A stretch of DNA of 64,000 nt, taken from NCBI RefSeq assembly GCF_006345805.1, contig NC_043011.1, positions 51,720,464 through 51,784,463 of the forward strand. The letters run 5' to 3'. The stretch is from Octopus sinensis (Eukaryota). The notes under the pieces were generated by a model. That model saw only the letters and a program-made list of their open reading frames with translations, ran no database searches and had not been told where the DNA came from. The position numbers and the translations under genes were made by a program. Each line of letters starts with the position of its first letter. Position 1 is the stretch's first letter. This document shows, in pieces, positions 47,526-60,141 of this stretch.

Positions 47526-49842
47526 ATATATATATATATATATATCATCATAATCTCTGTTTTAACTTACACTTTTCCATGCTCGCATAGAAAAGTGGAC
47601 ATTAAAACGATGATGTAGGACAGAGTTTATTGAGCCAGATTTTCTACAGCTGGATGCCTTTCCTGTTGCTCACTTTCACTTGCTCCCAAGTAAGGTGATA
47701 TTTCCTTATGCCCAGACATGCTTTTCATAGAAGACTGGACACATGATGTCAAAACAAGGAGACATGGATAACACACATACCTGCACTTACATATTCAAAT
47801 ATTTATACCTATACATGATTGGCTTCTTTCAGTTTCCATATACCAAATCCACTTACAAGGCTTTGGTCAATCTGGGGGCTATAGTAGATGTGCCACAGAG
47901 TGGAACTGAACCAGAAAATCTGTGACTGAGAAGCAAACCTCTCGACCACAAGGTTCTAAAACATTAATATTTAAAATAAACAAAGTAAATATATAATATG
48001 CAAGAAATCTGTGTGTGTGTGTGTGCACACGTGTACACACACACACACACACACACATATAGTGTAGACTGCCAGAGGTGTAACAAACAAAAATACACTC
48101 TGGAATTCGGTTTCATTCTGTTGACATTCTCTTGTGCCCTGGCTGATTCAATAAAATAAGTATGAAACAAAAGTACTGGGATTAATAAAATGCCTAAAAA
48201 AAAAAACCTTGGGAACAAATATAAACCATTTGTCTTATTTTCCATTATTATATAAGCTGTTTAGGTGCAGTTTAGTTGTGGTGGGCATAGTTTATTTGTG
48301 GTCACCACAGTTTAACTGCATGAGAGAAAAAAAAAAGACAAAAAGAAGGGAAAAGGATCAGCATAGCAGGACAGAAAGTAAAAAGAAATAAAGAAGATGG
48401 TAAAAAAGTAGAGAGGCTGAAAATGGGAAAGAATGAGCAACAGAAAGAAGGAAATAGAAGAACTAATAGGATTGAGAGAAAGGTGAGAAATACCGCTTGT
48501 ATTCACTCCCTCACTCATACACATATAAATGCACAAGCACATACACAAACATACTCATACACGCAGACACATTCAAACAACATTTGCCGGTGTACTTGTA
48601 GATACACAGATATGTAGACGCAAACACTTACACACATACGCATATGCAGAAACTCTCTTGTAGACACACTCACATACATGCAGACATAAAACACACATAC
48701 AGGAACGACAAAACACATATACAGCTCTATGGATGCATTCACATTTGCAAACATACACATAAACAATACAAAGATACATGTGTCGCTATGCAGACACTCA
48801 CAAATACACACGCAAACAAACTCCATCACACACACACACAAACAAACTCCATCACACACACACACACACACACATCCCAGACTAACAATAGCAAAAAGTG
48901 TAAAATGACAGTTTTTGGAATATTGAAATTAAAATTGTAAAATTAATCAAACAATTTAGATTAATTTTAACTAAGATAATTAAACATTTATTATTATCAT
49001 TTTTTTCGTCATTAAATTTTTACTGAAATTATATTCCATGTTTAACTAGTGTTGTTGTTGTTGTTGTTAATGTTGTTGTTATGGCTGCTGTTATTGCTTG
49101 CTTTTCTTTTATGACTTAAACAGAGGTTGAAGGGCAATGCATGGGTTGCTGATGTAAGAGGAGTGGGGCACCCATCAAAATGTCACGTTATTTATCCCCA
49201 GACTGGAGACCTGGCCTTAATGCTTGCAACAGAGGTGATTCTGCTAAGAGAAACCAAGAGCCAGATGGTGCTAGCGGCGGGGGTGGCAGCAGTGATGGTA
49301 GTAAAACAAAGCACCAGGTAAGGTCATAGTTATTAAGAGTTCCTGAGGTGGCTGAGTCAATAGTGCTAATAATGTTGTTGTTCAATCCTAGGTCAACCTG
49401 TATTTTGCAGACGGACCTATGATCAAAGGAATCCCAACCTTGACCATCCCATTTATTTGTATGTACATTAGAGACTCTGCATTGTACAATGAATTCTTCT
49501 TAATTGAAAATAGTAGAGTGTAATTGGAGGAAGATTTGACTGCTACTTCAAACAGGTTGAGCAACTATGCAGAGGCATTTTCATTGATTTGTCAATAGAG
49601 TTTATTAGATAAATAGCTGAGCGTCAGGGAATGGAGGGGCGTTAATAACTCAAATCATGCTGCTAGCACTGAATTACAACCTTGGCCAAGATGTCTCCAA
49701 ATTCATGGCCTTGTACTGATGGAAGAGATCATTATTAATTTCTCCTACCACTCATTCACTCCATTCATTTTACCTCTCAATATCTCACTCCTACCCCATA
49801 TTTTCTGATGTTGTCCTTTCTTGACTTTCTTTCCTCCTATTT

Positions 49843-49877
<35 letters not shown>

Positions 49878-50955
49878 CTCCACCCTGCCTCTTCTCTTTC
49901 TTTCCAATGAGAATCCATAATTGAAGCTCTGTATATTGAAACAGAAATAGAAGAAATAAGTAGTATAATTTAGAGACATTGTGTTGTTGTTGTGGTGGTG
50001 GTTGATGATGATGGTGGTGATGGTCATGGTGATGATGATTGCTGTCATCATTGTCATTGCTATTATTATCAAGACTGTTGTTTTCCTATTTACTTTTACC
50101 TTTCTTTTTACAACTCAACTCAAGAACTCAATCAATTGAAGAGCTTCAAGGAAGAAGTCTATCAGCACTGGAAAAAAAAGAATCATTTAGCTAAGAGCCA
50201 GTATGTATTTGTGTGTGTGTGTGTGTGTGCATGCGCGTATGTATATATATATATATATATATAATGGTATGTACATATTAATGAACCCAAGAGAGTGAAT
50301 TCATTGCAAAAGCCTGACTGAGCAAATATCTATTTAGTCAAAGCAATTGCCAAAGGCAACATCTATGACAGTTGTTAAGCAGTCGGTATGGAAGGAACAT
50401 TGCAGTAACTTAGAACTGGTTGTAGAGGTGAAATGGTCAAGTGGATAAAGGCGATAATAAAATGGCATAGTAACAAAAAGTAGGTAGGTTCAATTCTGCC
50501 ATTGTGCTTTTGTCCTCATATTTCTGTTTGTTGGCAGTGATTAGCCCCAGATCATCTTAGATAAAGCAAATATGATCAAAAACATTCCAGCTAAGACTTT
50601 CCTTCTTTTTAAAGAATAAGGTTTTATTATTTAATGTATCTCCCTTTTTCAAGATACTGAGGTGTGGTTTAAGGGATATTTAGCCCATTAGAAACTTATA
50701 AGCAATGGCATAAATATCATAAATAAGGAGACATTAATGTCATGTTTTCACTGTCTATAAGCAAAACAGCTTTGTGTATATCTATGAAAGTAGCTATGTT
50801 GTGTCTGGGGAAGAGGCATTTTCTTTTTGTGCCTTATAATGTAACATGCTCACCGATAAAATTTCCACTTTTTTCTTATTTTTACTTTCCTAAAATTTTC
50901 GTTATGTTTTGCAACCTTTTCAACAGTCTTGACTGCTTATGAAAGTAGCATTCTA

Positions 50956-51334
50956 AGGAGGAGGAAGCACTCCGTCGGTTACGACGATGAGGGTTCCGGT
51001 TGATCCGAATCAACGGAACAGCCTGCTCGTGAAATTAACGTGTAAGTGGCTGAGCACTCCACAGACATGTGTACCCTTAACGTAGTTCTCGGGGATATTC
51101 AGCGTGACAAGGCCGGCCCTTTGAAATACAGGTACAACAGAAACAGGAAGTAAGAGTGAGAGAAAGTTGTGGTGAAAGAGTACAGCAGGGATCATCACCA
51201 TCCCCTGCCGGAGCCTCGTGGAGCTCTAGGTGTTTTCGCTCAATAAACACTCACAACGCCCGGTCTGGGAATCGAAACCGCGATCCTATGACTGCGAGTC
51301 CGCTGCCCTAACCACTGGGCCATTGCGCCTCCAC
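50956..51334 (-). mobile_element. Young, intact tRNA-derived SINE (family D) with a perfect 15-bp TSD
   Basis: Minus strand GTGGAGGCGCAATGGCCCAGTGGTTAGGGCAGCGGACTCGCAGTC...GGTTTCGATTCC (A and B boxes), CpG-rich body, (CCT)n tail. GAAAGTAGCATTCTA at 50941-55 and 51335-49. Confidence 0.95.
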
Positions 51335-52199
51335 GAAAGTAGCATTCTATGAAACATACCATAGCTTATTACACAGTGATGCTCTTGCCATTGCCACCAC
51401 TATAATCTTCTTCAACTATCTCAACCAAACAGCACTGGCTGAAAGTTCCACCCATGTCCTTATTCTCCCACTCTTCTTACTTGTTCTTCTCTCAGCAATT
51501 TGGTCAACTCCCATTTTTGATAATGACTTGAAAGGATTTCATTATTAAATGTAGATATGCATGTTTACTGTGTATGCTTGTTCCTTTTTCAGTATTGAAA
51601 CAACTACAATGAACTTAGGTGTTACATATATATACAAATGTTTCCTCTCTGTACTGTTCATCTCTCACTAATGTGCTCCACTCCCTCCTTCAGCTATGTC
51701 TAGAAAGAGCCTAATTGTTAAATATGTTTTCTCATATGGTCTGTGTATATTTGTTCATTTTCCAGCAATGGAGTTTGCATTCAGCTTCTTCAAAGATGTC
51801 CATCAAAAATCAGACTGCTTGAGAAAGCAAGAGAGAGAGAGAGAGAGTGTGTGTGTGTGTGTGAGTGTGTGCATGTGTGTGAGTGTGTGTGTGTGTGTGT
51901 GTGTACGCATGCATGTGTTTTCTACTATAGCCCTTGTGAGTGGATTTGGCTGATGGAAAATGGAAGAAGCCTGTTGTGTGTGTAAGTCCCCAGCTACTAG
52001 CAACTGATGTTGGTTTGTTTATGTCCCAATAACTTAGCAGTTCAGCATAAGTGACTGATGGGATTGATTCATTCAACTAAAACCCTTCAAGGCAGTGCCA
52101 ATGCATGGCTAGTCCAATGACTGGAACAAAATAAAAATATAATACCTAAATATCACTGCAAGATGTCTGTTTCTGTGCCCCTACTTATACTCCTTTCAT

Positions 52200-52470
52200 C
52201 TGGCACAGAGCCACCTTACTCAATACTAATCCCTCCATCAGTTGAGGGGTCTTGTTTTGTAAATTTAGTGATCTCACTGTTGCTGATGCCATGTAAAAAG
52301 CATGTAGTCCATGCTGTAAAGTAGTTGGCATCAGGAAGGGCAACCACCAGTAAAAGCCATACCAGAACAGACACTAGAGCTTGGTGTAGACTTCTGACTT
52401 GCCAGCTCCTGTCAAACTGTCCAACCCATGCCAGCCTAGAAAGTGGATGTTAAATGACAATGATGATATA
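52200..52470 (+). mobile_element. (GAT)n-tail family-related element, older subfamily
   Basis: GCCATGTAAAAAGCA...GTAGTTGGCATCAGGAAGGGCAACC...GTCCAACCCATGCCAGC...GTTAAATGACAATGATGAT. Confidence 0.75.
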
Positions 52471-53029
52471 TATATATATATGCAAATGACTGCATCAATG
52501 AATATACAATCTTATAATACGCTGACTTCATAGCACAATTATACCTAAATAATATTTTAATGATCCAGTATTAATTTAAGTCTAACCTCACTATTGAAAT
52601 AAAGATGTTTGTTATTCTTTTATTCCTTTACTGGTTTCAGTCATTGGACTGTGGCCATGCTGGAGCAGCAGCTTGAATGGTTTTAGGCAATCATATCACC
52701 TCCGGTTCTTATTTCAGTCTCATACCTACTTTATTTGATTTCAATTCATGAAACAGCTAACTTCTGCTTTTTGATGCAACACCAGTTTATATACAGTAAA
52801 CATATACATATATATATATATATATACACAAAGAGTTTATGAATAGTTTGGGATTATCAAATTATAATCAAACAGCATTGATCAATCCAAAACTGCAGTA
52901 AAAGGCCCTTATGGGATTAACCCAGAACCACATAGTTGTAAAGTGAACTTCTGAATTACATGACTATATTTGCAACCATTGTAACTGTTTTTATTTTTCT
53001 TGTCCACAGCCTAAACACTTAGTTTTCAA

Positions 53030-53220
53030 AGGTTGTTGTTGTTTAACCACAGATCAGCCTTGGTTGAGCAGATCTATGATCAAAGGCATTTCAGCCATGA
53101 CCACCCCATCTTTTTGTATATCCAGGACTACATTGGTCAACATGTTATTCCCATTTTAAAACAGTGTGGAGTGATTTGAGGATATCTGGTTGCTATTTTT
53201 AGCAGGTCAAATGATCACAT
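53030..53220 (+). repeat. Interspersed repeat family E (GTTTAACC.CAGGTCAGCC.TGATCAAGCAGA.CTATGATCAAAGGCATTCCAGCCATGACCATCC), unclassified
   Basis: Related copies near 700-760, 31545-31620, 49375-49450, 50535-50600 and 54790-54860, and inverted at about 13040-13200 and 44845-44995. Confidence 0.6.
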
Positions 53221-53525
53221 AGAGTCTCACCTTATTGATTTGAAGTAGATACTGTAGATGCTATAATTTAGAGTTAAAAAACTGAGAAGTATCTTGTTAG
53301 CCTGTAATGTTAAGTTCAGTTCTTATAGGAAACGTGTCCTGTGACAAACTGACACCCTATCCAAGAGATAATTATCTCTTATTGACATGAAACTAGGGAT
53401 AATTATAGATCTTTGTAATCTTTGAAAATATTATCGAACAAACACTTTAAACATGAGAGCAAGACAAACTACATTACTGGTAAGAGATCTAACAAAGCTC
53501 TACAGTTTAAATATGGAGCATTTAT

Positions 53526-53825
53526 GTTGTTGTTAAGATTAATCTTGGCAGTTCTGCTTTAGTAAACTTTAAAGATGACAGGATAACCATGGACAGTTCT
53601 GCTTCACCTAACTCTAATGAGCTAGTAATTGTTGATAGTTCTGCTTCAATAGACCCTAAAAATGATGCAAGTTGTTGATCTTAAGCAACCCTGGATGTTC
53701 TGCTTCAGTAAACCCTAAAGTTTGATGTTGTTGTTAAACAGCTTTGGACAGTTCCAAAGATGTTACTAGTTGGTGTGGTTGCTAGAAAGCTCCGGACAAT
53801 CTTGGATCAATAAACTGTAATGATG
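53526..53825. repeat. Degenerate 42-59-bp tandem array with a GTTCTGCTTCA core
   Basis: Core at 53551, 53596, 53638, 53697 and (partial) 53751. Confidence 0.8.
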
Positions 53826-53901
53826 ATAGTTCATATCATTTCAGGTAATCCAGGATAGTCCCTATTCAGCACATTCCCAGATGTTTCGAGTTTTAAATTT
53901 A

Positions 53902-54290
53902 GGGTTCAAATTTTAGCACAAGGCCAGCAATTTCGGAGACAGGGTGTAAATTGATTACTGGAATAATTGAATTATTGAAACTGGAACTTATTTTATCAAC
54001 CTTGAATGAATGAAAGGCAAAGCTGACTTCAGTGGAATTTGAACTCTGAACATAAAGACAAACAAAATGCTACTAAGCATTTGCCAGGTGTGCTATCAGT
54101 TCTACCAGCTCGCCATCCTATTCAAGTATTAAATATTAAGACAACAAACTGGCAGAATTGTTACCAAATCAATTAAAGTGCCTCTTGATATTTGTGCTGA
54201 CTCTTTGCACTCTGAGATCAAATCCTGACAAGGTCAACTCAGAGTCAATGAAAATAGTTACCATTGAGAGTAATGGATTAGTGGAACTGC
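53902..54290. mobile_element. Head-to-head pair of SINE family B copies (53902-54115 minus, 54139-54290 plus)
   Basis: ...GGAATTTGAACTCTGAAC...TTCTACCAGCTCGCC, a ~25-bp spacer, then AACTGGCAGAATTGTTA...TCTGAGATCAAATCC. Confidence 0.8.
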
Positions 54291-54978
54291 AAGAATGTCA
54301 GACAGGATGCTTTGTTCCAACTCTTTGCATTTTAAATTCAAATAATGCCATGGCCTAACTGAGTGGCAAAGTTAATCAGTTGACCAGTTTGACACAACAA
54401 CCTGACACTCTGAATATTTTTAATATTAGGGCCAGAACATACCTGGCCCTAATGCCAGATATGTTACCAGGATACCTTCCTTCCTTCCTCTCACCAATCT
54501 TGGGGACCTTGTAAAGTGTCATGGGCTCTGCCTTTCTGACAAAAATATTTTTAAAAAATAGCCGTAGTGATAAGAAGTTGATGGTCAGAAATATAAAGCA
54601 GATGCTTGATTTTATTGGCTTCTATTATGTTATATTTTTATCTTTAAATTTTTTGCCTGTACTGCCATATTTCATACTTGAAACAAGGTTATTGTTTAAA
54701 AGATGGCAGTTTAGTAGATCTGGCCATTATATTGATCAAGTCAAGCAGTAAGGAAATTTCTTAGCTCAAAAGAAAAATGTAGCACTGTTGCTGTTTAACC
54801 TCAGCTCAGCTGTTATCCAGCAGAATTATGATCAAAAGATGTTCAAGTAATGACTATCCCATATACTTTTTAAAACATATCTAGTATGGCATACTCAGTG
54901 TGGTATAACAGCAGTATGATGCTTAATAAGACTGAACATTTGAAAACAGAAATCGTTTAATGTATGTGATCTAAATTT

Positions 54979-55430
54979 CACTAAAACCAAATGACCACTG
55001 TACTGCTTTATAATGAAGGAATATGCAGGCCTTTTTTGTCAAGACCTCCACACTCCCTCTTAAGAAGCATGCAGGCTTCAAGTGGCCACGATAAGATGTG
55101 TTTCACAGTGCTACACCATTAGCTTTGGTAGGTATTGAATTTTATGCTGTGAATCTCTTTGTCCTGTATCAGGGTGCAGAATCTCCACAAAATAGCACTA
55201 AAACCAAATGACCCCTACACTGCTTTATCATGAGGGAAAAAATGCAGGCCTTTTTTGTCAAGACCGCCACACTCCCTCTTAAGAAGCATGTAAGCTTCAA
55301 GTGGCCACAATAAGATGTATTTCACAGTGCTATACCAGAGATCTGTCTGCCATTAGCTTTGGTAGGTATTGAATTTTATGCTGTGAATCTCTGCATCCTG
55401 TATCAAGGTGCAGAATCTCAACAAAATAGC
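54979..55430. repeat. Two-copy tandem duplication (about 218 and 234 bp)
   Basis: CACTAAAACCAAATGACC...GCAGGCCTTTTTTGTCAAGACC...GTGCAGAATCTC.ACAAAATAGCA occurs twice; the second copy has a ~15-bp insertion. Confidence 0.93.
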
Positions 55431-55844
55431 ATGGCCTGTTGCTCAGCATAATGGGAATGGCATAAATAGTAATATGACAGTCTTTAGTTTCATTTCAATT
55501 TGATCTGACTTCAAATTCATCAGAGTTAACTCAGGTTTACCTTTCTTTCCTTCACATAATCAATAAAATAACTATCAATCATACAGTTTAGAGGAGACTC
55601 AGTAATCAATCAACCAGTCACTATTTTACTCTTTTATTTGTTTCATAATTGGACTACAGCCATGCTGGGGTACTATTTGCAATGATGTTTAGTCAATTAT
55701 ATCACCTGACCCCATCTCCAGTGCTTGCTTTATTAAGCTTATAAGGTAGGACAGCAAAACTGATGTAACCAAAACAATCACAGAGCATTTTTGTTTGATA
55801 CACTAATGTTGCCTTTCAGCCCATGACTACAGCTTTTATCTCGT

Positions 55845-56225
55845 GTATCTTACTTGTTTCAGTCTTTGTACAGTGGCCATGATATGGCACCACACTGAAA
55901 GGTTTTAGTCAAGCAAATCAACTCCAGTGCATACTTTTTAAAGCCTGGTGCATATCCTATCAGTCTCTTTTGCTGAACATCTAAGTTATGGGGACATAAA
56001 CAAACCAGCACAGGTTGTCAAATAGGTTGTGGACGGACTCAGACACACACACACACACATATATGAAGGGCTTCTTTCAGTTTCCATCTATCAGATACAC
56101 TCACAACGCTTTGGTCAGCTCAAGGCTATAGCAGAAAACACTTGCCCAAGGTGCCATGCAGTGAGACTGAACCCAGAACCAAGTGATAGGAAGCCAACTT
56201 CTCGCCATACAGCAATACCTGGACC
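55845..56225 (-). mobile_element. SINE family A-related, full length, degenerate
   Basis: Tail TTACTTGTTTCAGTC, internal (CA)n, head CACTTGCCCAAGGTGCCATGCAGTGAGACTGAACC. Confidence 0.85.
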
Positions 56226-56254
56226 CATATATGTCACAAATAAAGATATGTGTA

Positions 56255-56289
<35 letters not shown>

Positions 56290-57122
56290 TATGTATGTAT
56301 GTATACACACATATACACATATCTTTTTATTTGCAACAACGACATGGCTACATTTCTCATGGTGTCATAAAAAGTGCACCCATCATAATCTATTCTGTAA
56401 AGTGGTTGCAGTTAAGAAAGACATCCAGCCGTAAAAGCCAAGCAATAATAAAATGAGAACAAGGTAACTAAGCCTGCCCAATACCAATCCATCTTAGTTA
56501 GAGGTCCTGTCTAACTCATGACAACACAGACAATGAATGTAAAACAATGAGATGACTATACATACATTTATAAATATATACACGTGTGCACATGTGTACA
56601 TATGTGTATACACACACTGTATCTATCAACCAGATTTTGCACACTAGCCTTTAATTGAACCAATACTACAGTAGAAAACACTTGCCCAAAATGCTATGCA
56701 ATGATTTGAAGCCCAGACCCATGTGATTGTGAAGCAATCTTCTTAACTTCATAGCTATGCCTACACCTATACATACCTATACATACCTTCTATAAATGTA
56801 TGACCCTTGTGCTACAGTAAGAGATCAATAGTCAATGCGATCAATGAAGCATAAAATATATTTTGGTTATGTTGCTGCCATATTCAGCTCTAACCTAACA
56901 CCCAATGCCCTCTCTTCACCACTCTTCTACTCCTCTGCTGTGCCAGCCATCTAGGACTTCTGTGAAATTCTTTGTGTTTAGAATTGTAAGCTGACCTTTC
57001 AGTGGAAAAGCTGACTTTGACAAACAACATCTACAAGGCAAGCAAGATTAAGAAAAGAAAGGAAGTATTATTATTATTTATATTATTATTATTATTATTA
57101 TTATTATTCCACGCTGCAATTG

Positions 57123-57163
<41 letters not shown>

Positions 57164-57294
57164 CATTTTCTTAGTAGTAATAGTTTTAATAGTATAGAAG
57201 CTAGGAAGTAGTAAATGATAGTAATGTATGACAGTGATAGTCCTGAGGTGGTCTGGTGGTCTGGGTGTGTATGCATGCTTCCTTGGGTGTGTGC

Positions 57295-57325
<31 letters not shown>

Positions 57326-58329
57326 CGAGTGTGTATGCATGTAAGCTTGCTGGTGCTGTTGTTGTGGTAATGGTGGTTATAGTCATGGAAGCAATAGAAG
57401 TATTTCAGTTCACAAGCTTTAAATGAAAACCCAGGAACTGCCATCATCAAATTCCAACATGAAGATGAAATATATATATATATATATATTCATTATATAT
57501 TCAGTGTTAACATATTTTACACACATTCTCACTCTAACTCATATGTCTTGTCTTTTGTTTTAATGTTTAAATTGGAAACATTCTGAAATTTGGAATATTT
57601 TTTTAGATGGATTTTTAATACCAACGTTAAGTTGTTTTAAGAAACAGACAACAGATAGAAAAGAGAGTGGTGAGAGAATGGGGGAGAGGTGAGAAAAAGA
57701 GAGAGATAGAGAGAGAGAAAGGGCTGAGAGCTAGATATACAAAGGCAGACAAGATACAGACAGGCAGATAGGTAGGTAAGTGTTGTAATAAAGAGAGAGA
57801 TATAGATAGATATAAACAAAAAATAAGATCTATAAGCTTAAATATAAGACAGATCTGTATGCAGTATAGGTAGAGTGACAGAAAAACAAAGAGGTGAAAT
57901 TCAAAAAGTGAGAGAGAGAGACAGATAGATAGACAGACAGCCAGATGGCATTCAGGTAGCCGGCTAGACTGACATATGTAAATACATAGATATGTTATAT
58001 GTCATAACTAGTTCAATTGAGACACAAGTTCATCAAGCAGTAAATGCCAACTACACAATGTTGAATGGCAGTATGACAAAGATCGGGTTGGACAAAAAAA
58101 GCTATGATAAAGAAATGGATGGCATGGAAACGAGCCTTATTGACATTTTCATCAAAACCAAGCAATGACCGATCGATAGATTTGGATACAAATCCTAACT
58201 AATAGAAATTAATTTGTATTGACAAACAAATACGATGAGTTATTGAGAAACTCTTATGGTAAAAGTAAAAAAAAAAAAAAAAAAAAATGAAGAGTAGCAA
58301 AATCACAAGATTCAAACATTAACAACTAC

Positions 58330-58332
58330 AGC

Positions 58333-58370
<38 letters not shown>

Positions 58371-58438
58371 GAAGAAGAAGAAGGATGATAATAATAATAA
58401 TAGTAATAATAATAATAATAAGAAGAAGAAGAAGGACG

Positions 58439-58470
<32 letters not shown>
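58330..58470. repeat. Higher-order (AAT)n-(AAG)n-GAYGAT compound microsatellite
   Basis: An (AAT)n AAGAAGAAGAAGGA(T/C)GAT block is repeated in tandem. Confidence 0.9.
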
Positions 58471-58471
<1 letters not shown>

Positions 58472-59221
58472 GAGATGAAAATAAACAGAAGGAAGAAAAA
58501 AAAAAGACTGACTTGAATTGTAATAAAAATGAAGAATAGTAAAAGAAGAGCTCTCTGCTGAAGGAGATAAAAATTCTCCAGTCATGTTTCTATTGAGATT
58601 TATGAAAGCAGTTTTCTACACAGCCTGTTGCAATACTTGCAATAGATGAATATTTTAGACGCTGTATTGACTGAGTGGTAAAACAGCAAGTTTACACCAA
58701 CAATGTCAGCAACAGCTGGCTACCAAACTAATTAAACTGCATGGTCAATACACAACAGAAATAAGACACATGATGTACATGAATATGTATACGGAATAAT
58801 GAGTTTGATTCTTTATTATTAACTCTGGATACATGGGTCGGTTTTGTTACTGTTGTTGTCGATGTATTTCGAGATTGGATATCATTATTATTAATGCTGC
58901 TGTTTCACTGAAAACTGAGTCTTTGACTTTTCTGCTGTAACATCAGCTTCATCAACATCATTGCCATTTTTCATTTCCTTTTTCTCATTCTTGTATGGAT
59001 TGGATGGGTCTCAAGGTTTTAACTTGCTGTTCACTTTGTCATCTAGCACACAGACACTTGTACTTACACATATGTACATACACACACACAGAGACACTCA
59101 TACATATATGCATATGCACACACACACACACACAAGTAGCAGTAAAGCATGCTGCAATTTTTTTTTTTTTTTGCAAGATGTTTGCAGCTGGAAGTCTTTA
59201 ACAAAATGCAACCACTTTTTA

Positions 59222-59690
59222 GCATGAACTTTTTTCCTGAACCTTTGCAAGTCAACCAACACCTCATGTATAGGCAAGGAGGAAATTTCAGATGGTTGAC
59301 ATTCTAGAAAGGAAGGACTGGACACAATAATTAGTTTGGAGCTTGGGGTATAGGACACAATAACAGTGAAGAAAAGTAGAGGAGAGTTGAGTAAGACAAG
59401 AATTTCTGAATGACAATGGCACTCGTCCAGCCACTTCAAGGAGCATAAGCCATTATAGTAGTGGTAGAAAAGGTAGAGGGAGTAGACAGAGCACCTGTGA
59501 GCCAAAGACTGGAGTGTGTCTGTGAGTGACTTTATGCCAATCAGATAGGTGGCACCTTTCTGGATGTAATCAAGGATGTTTGTGCATGCCACAGCACCAT
59601 CCCAGATGTGAAAGGAATACTCATCTGTGGCCTCAGCTTTGCATTGTAGAATATCAATAATTGTTGAGGTCTGAAGTATCTTCAGTTTGT
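59222..59690 (-). pseudogene. CR1/Jockey-group LINE reverse transcriptase C-terminal fragment
   Basis: RYFRPQQLLIFYNAKLRP / EYSFHIWDGA...ILDYIQKGATYLIG..SLTDTLQSLAHRCSVYSLYLFYHYYNGLCS...DLQRFRKKV resembles LYKAQVRP.MEY.SHIW.GA...LDRIQ.RA.RLI...L..RR.V..L..FYRYY.G.CS. Confidence 0.85.
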
Positions 59691-59921
59691 CAAGTGAATA
59701 AGTAAAAATTTCCTCGTTGGTTCAAATGCCATGAATGTGAAGGTGTTGGAAACAAAAGGTGTCGGTTGTGTTAAAAATAAAAAACAACACAGAACAATCA
59801 GCAACCTTTTATCACTTGTTCGATAACTAAAACCCATCAACTTCATTTCACATCTCACGCCTTCTTCATCATCCACTTTTTCTGGTCCTTCTGTAATTAT
59901 GGATGGATTATCTCCTTTATA

Positions 59922-60141
59922 CTACTGGTTTCAAATTTTAGCACAAGGCCAGAAATTTCGAGGGAGGGATTTGGTTGAGTACATCAACACTAGTGCTCAA
60001 CTGGTACTTATTTTATTGAGACTGAAAGGATGAAAGGCAAAGTCAACCTTAGTGGAATATGAACTCAGAATGTAAGGAGGGATGAAATACTGCTAAGCAT
60101 TTTACTCGGTGTGCTAATGATTCTGCTAACTCGCCACCTTA
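59922..60141 (-). mobile_element. SINE family B
   Basis: GGTTTCAAATTTTAGCACAAGGCCAG...GAAAGGATGAAAGGCAAAGTCAACC...GAACTCAGAATG...TTCTGCTAACTCGCCACC. Confidence 0.88.

Noticed and set aside
51262-51334. tRNA gene (also 40449-40520 and 930-1006)
   Set aside because: A and B boxes are present but there is no complete cloverleaf or acceptor stem. Each continues into a SINE body, with a tail and TSD evident in the 51.3 and 40.4 kb copies.
53526-53825. CRISPR-like repeat-spacer array
   Set aside because: Eukaryotic context, no cas genes, degenerate repeats, and spacers related to each other. It is a minisatellite.
54425-54453. ATTAGGGCCAG-AACATAC-CTGGCCCTAAT 11-bp hairpin as a terminator or Helitron 3' hairpin
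   Set aside because: It is isolated, with no adjacent CTRR end or U-tract context, and could occur by chance.
57985-58170. About 58-codon plus-strand ORF (MLYVITSSIETQVHQ...IKTKQ)
   Set aside because: Protein-like but short, with no clear splice signals or recognisable homology.
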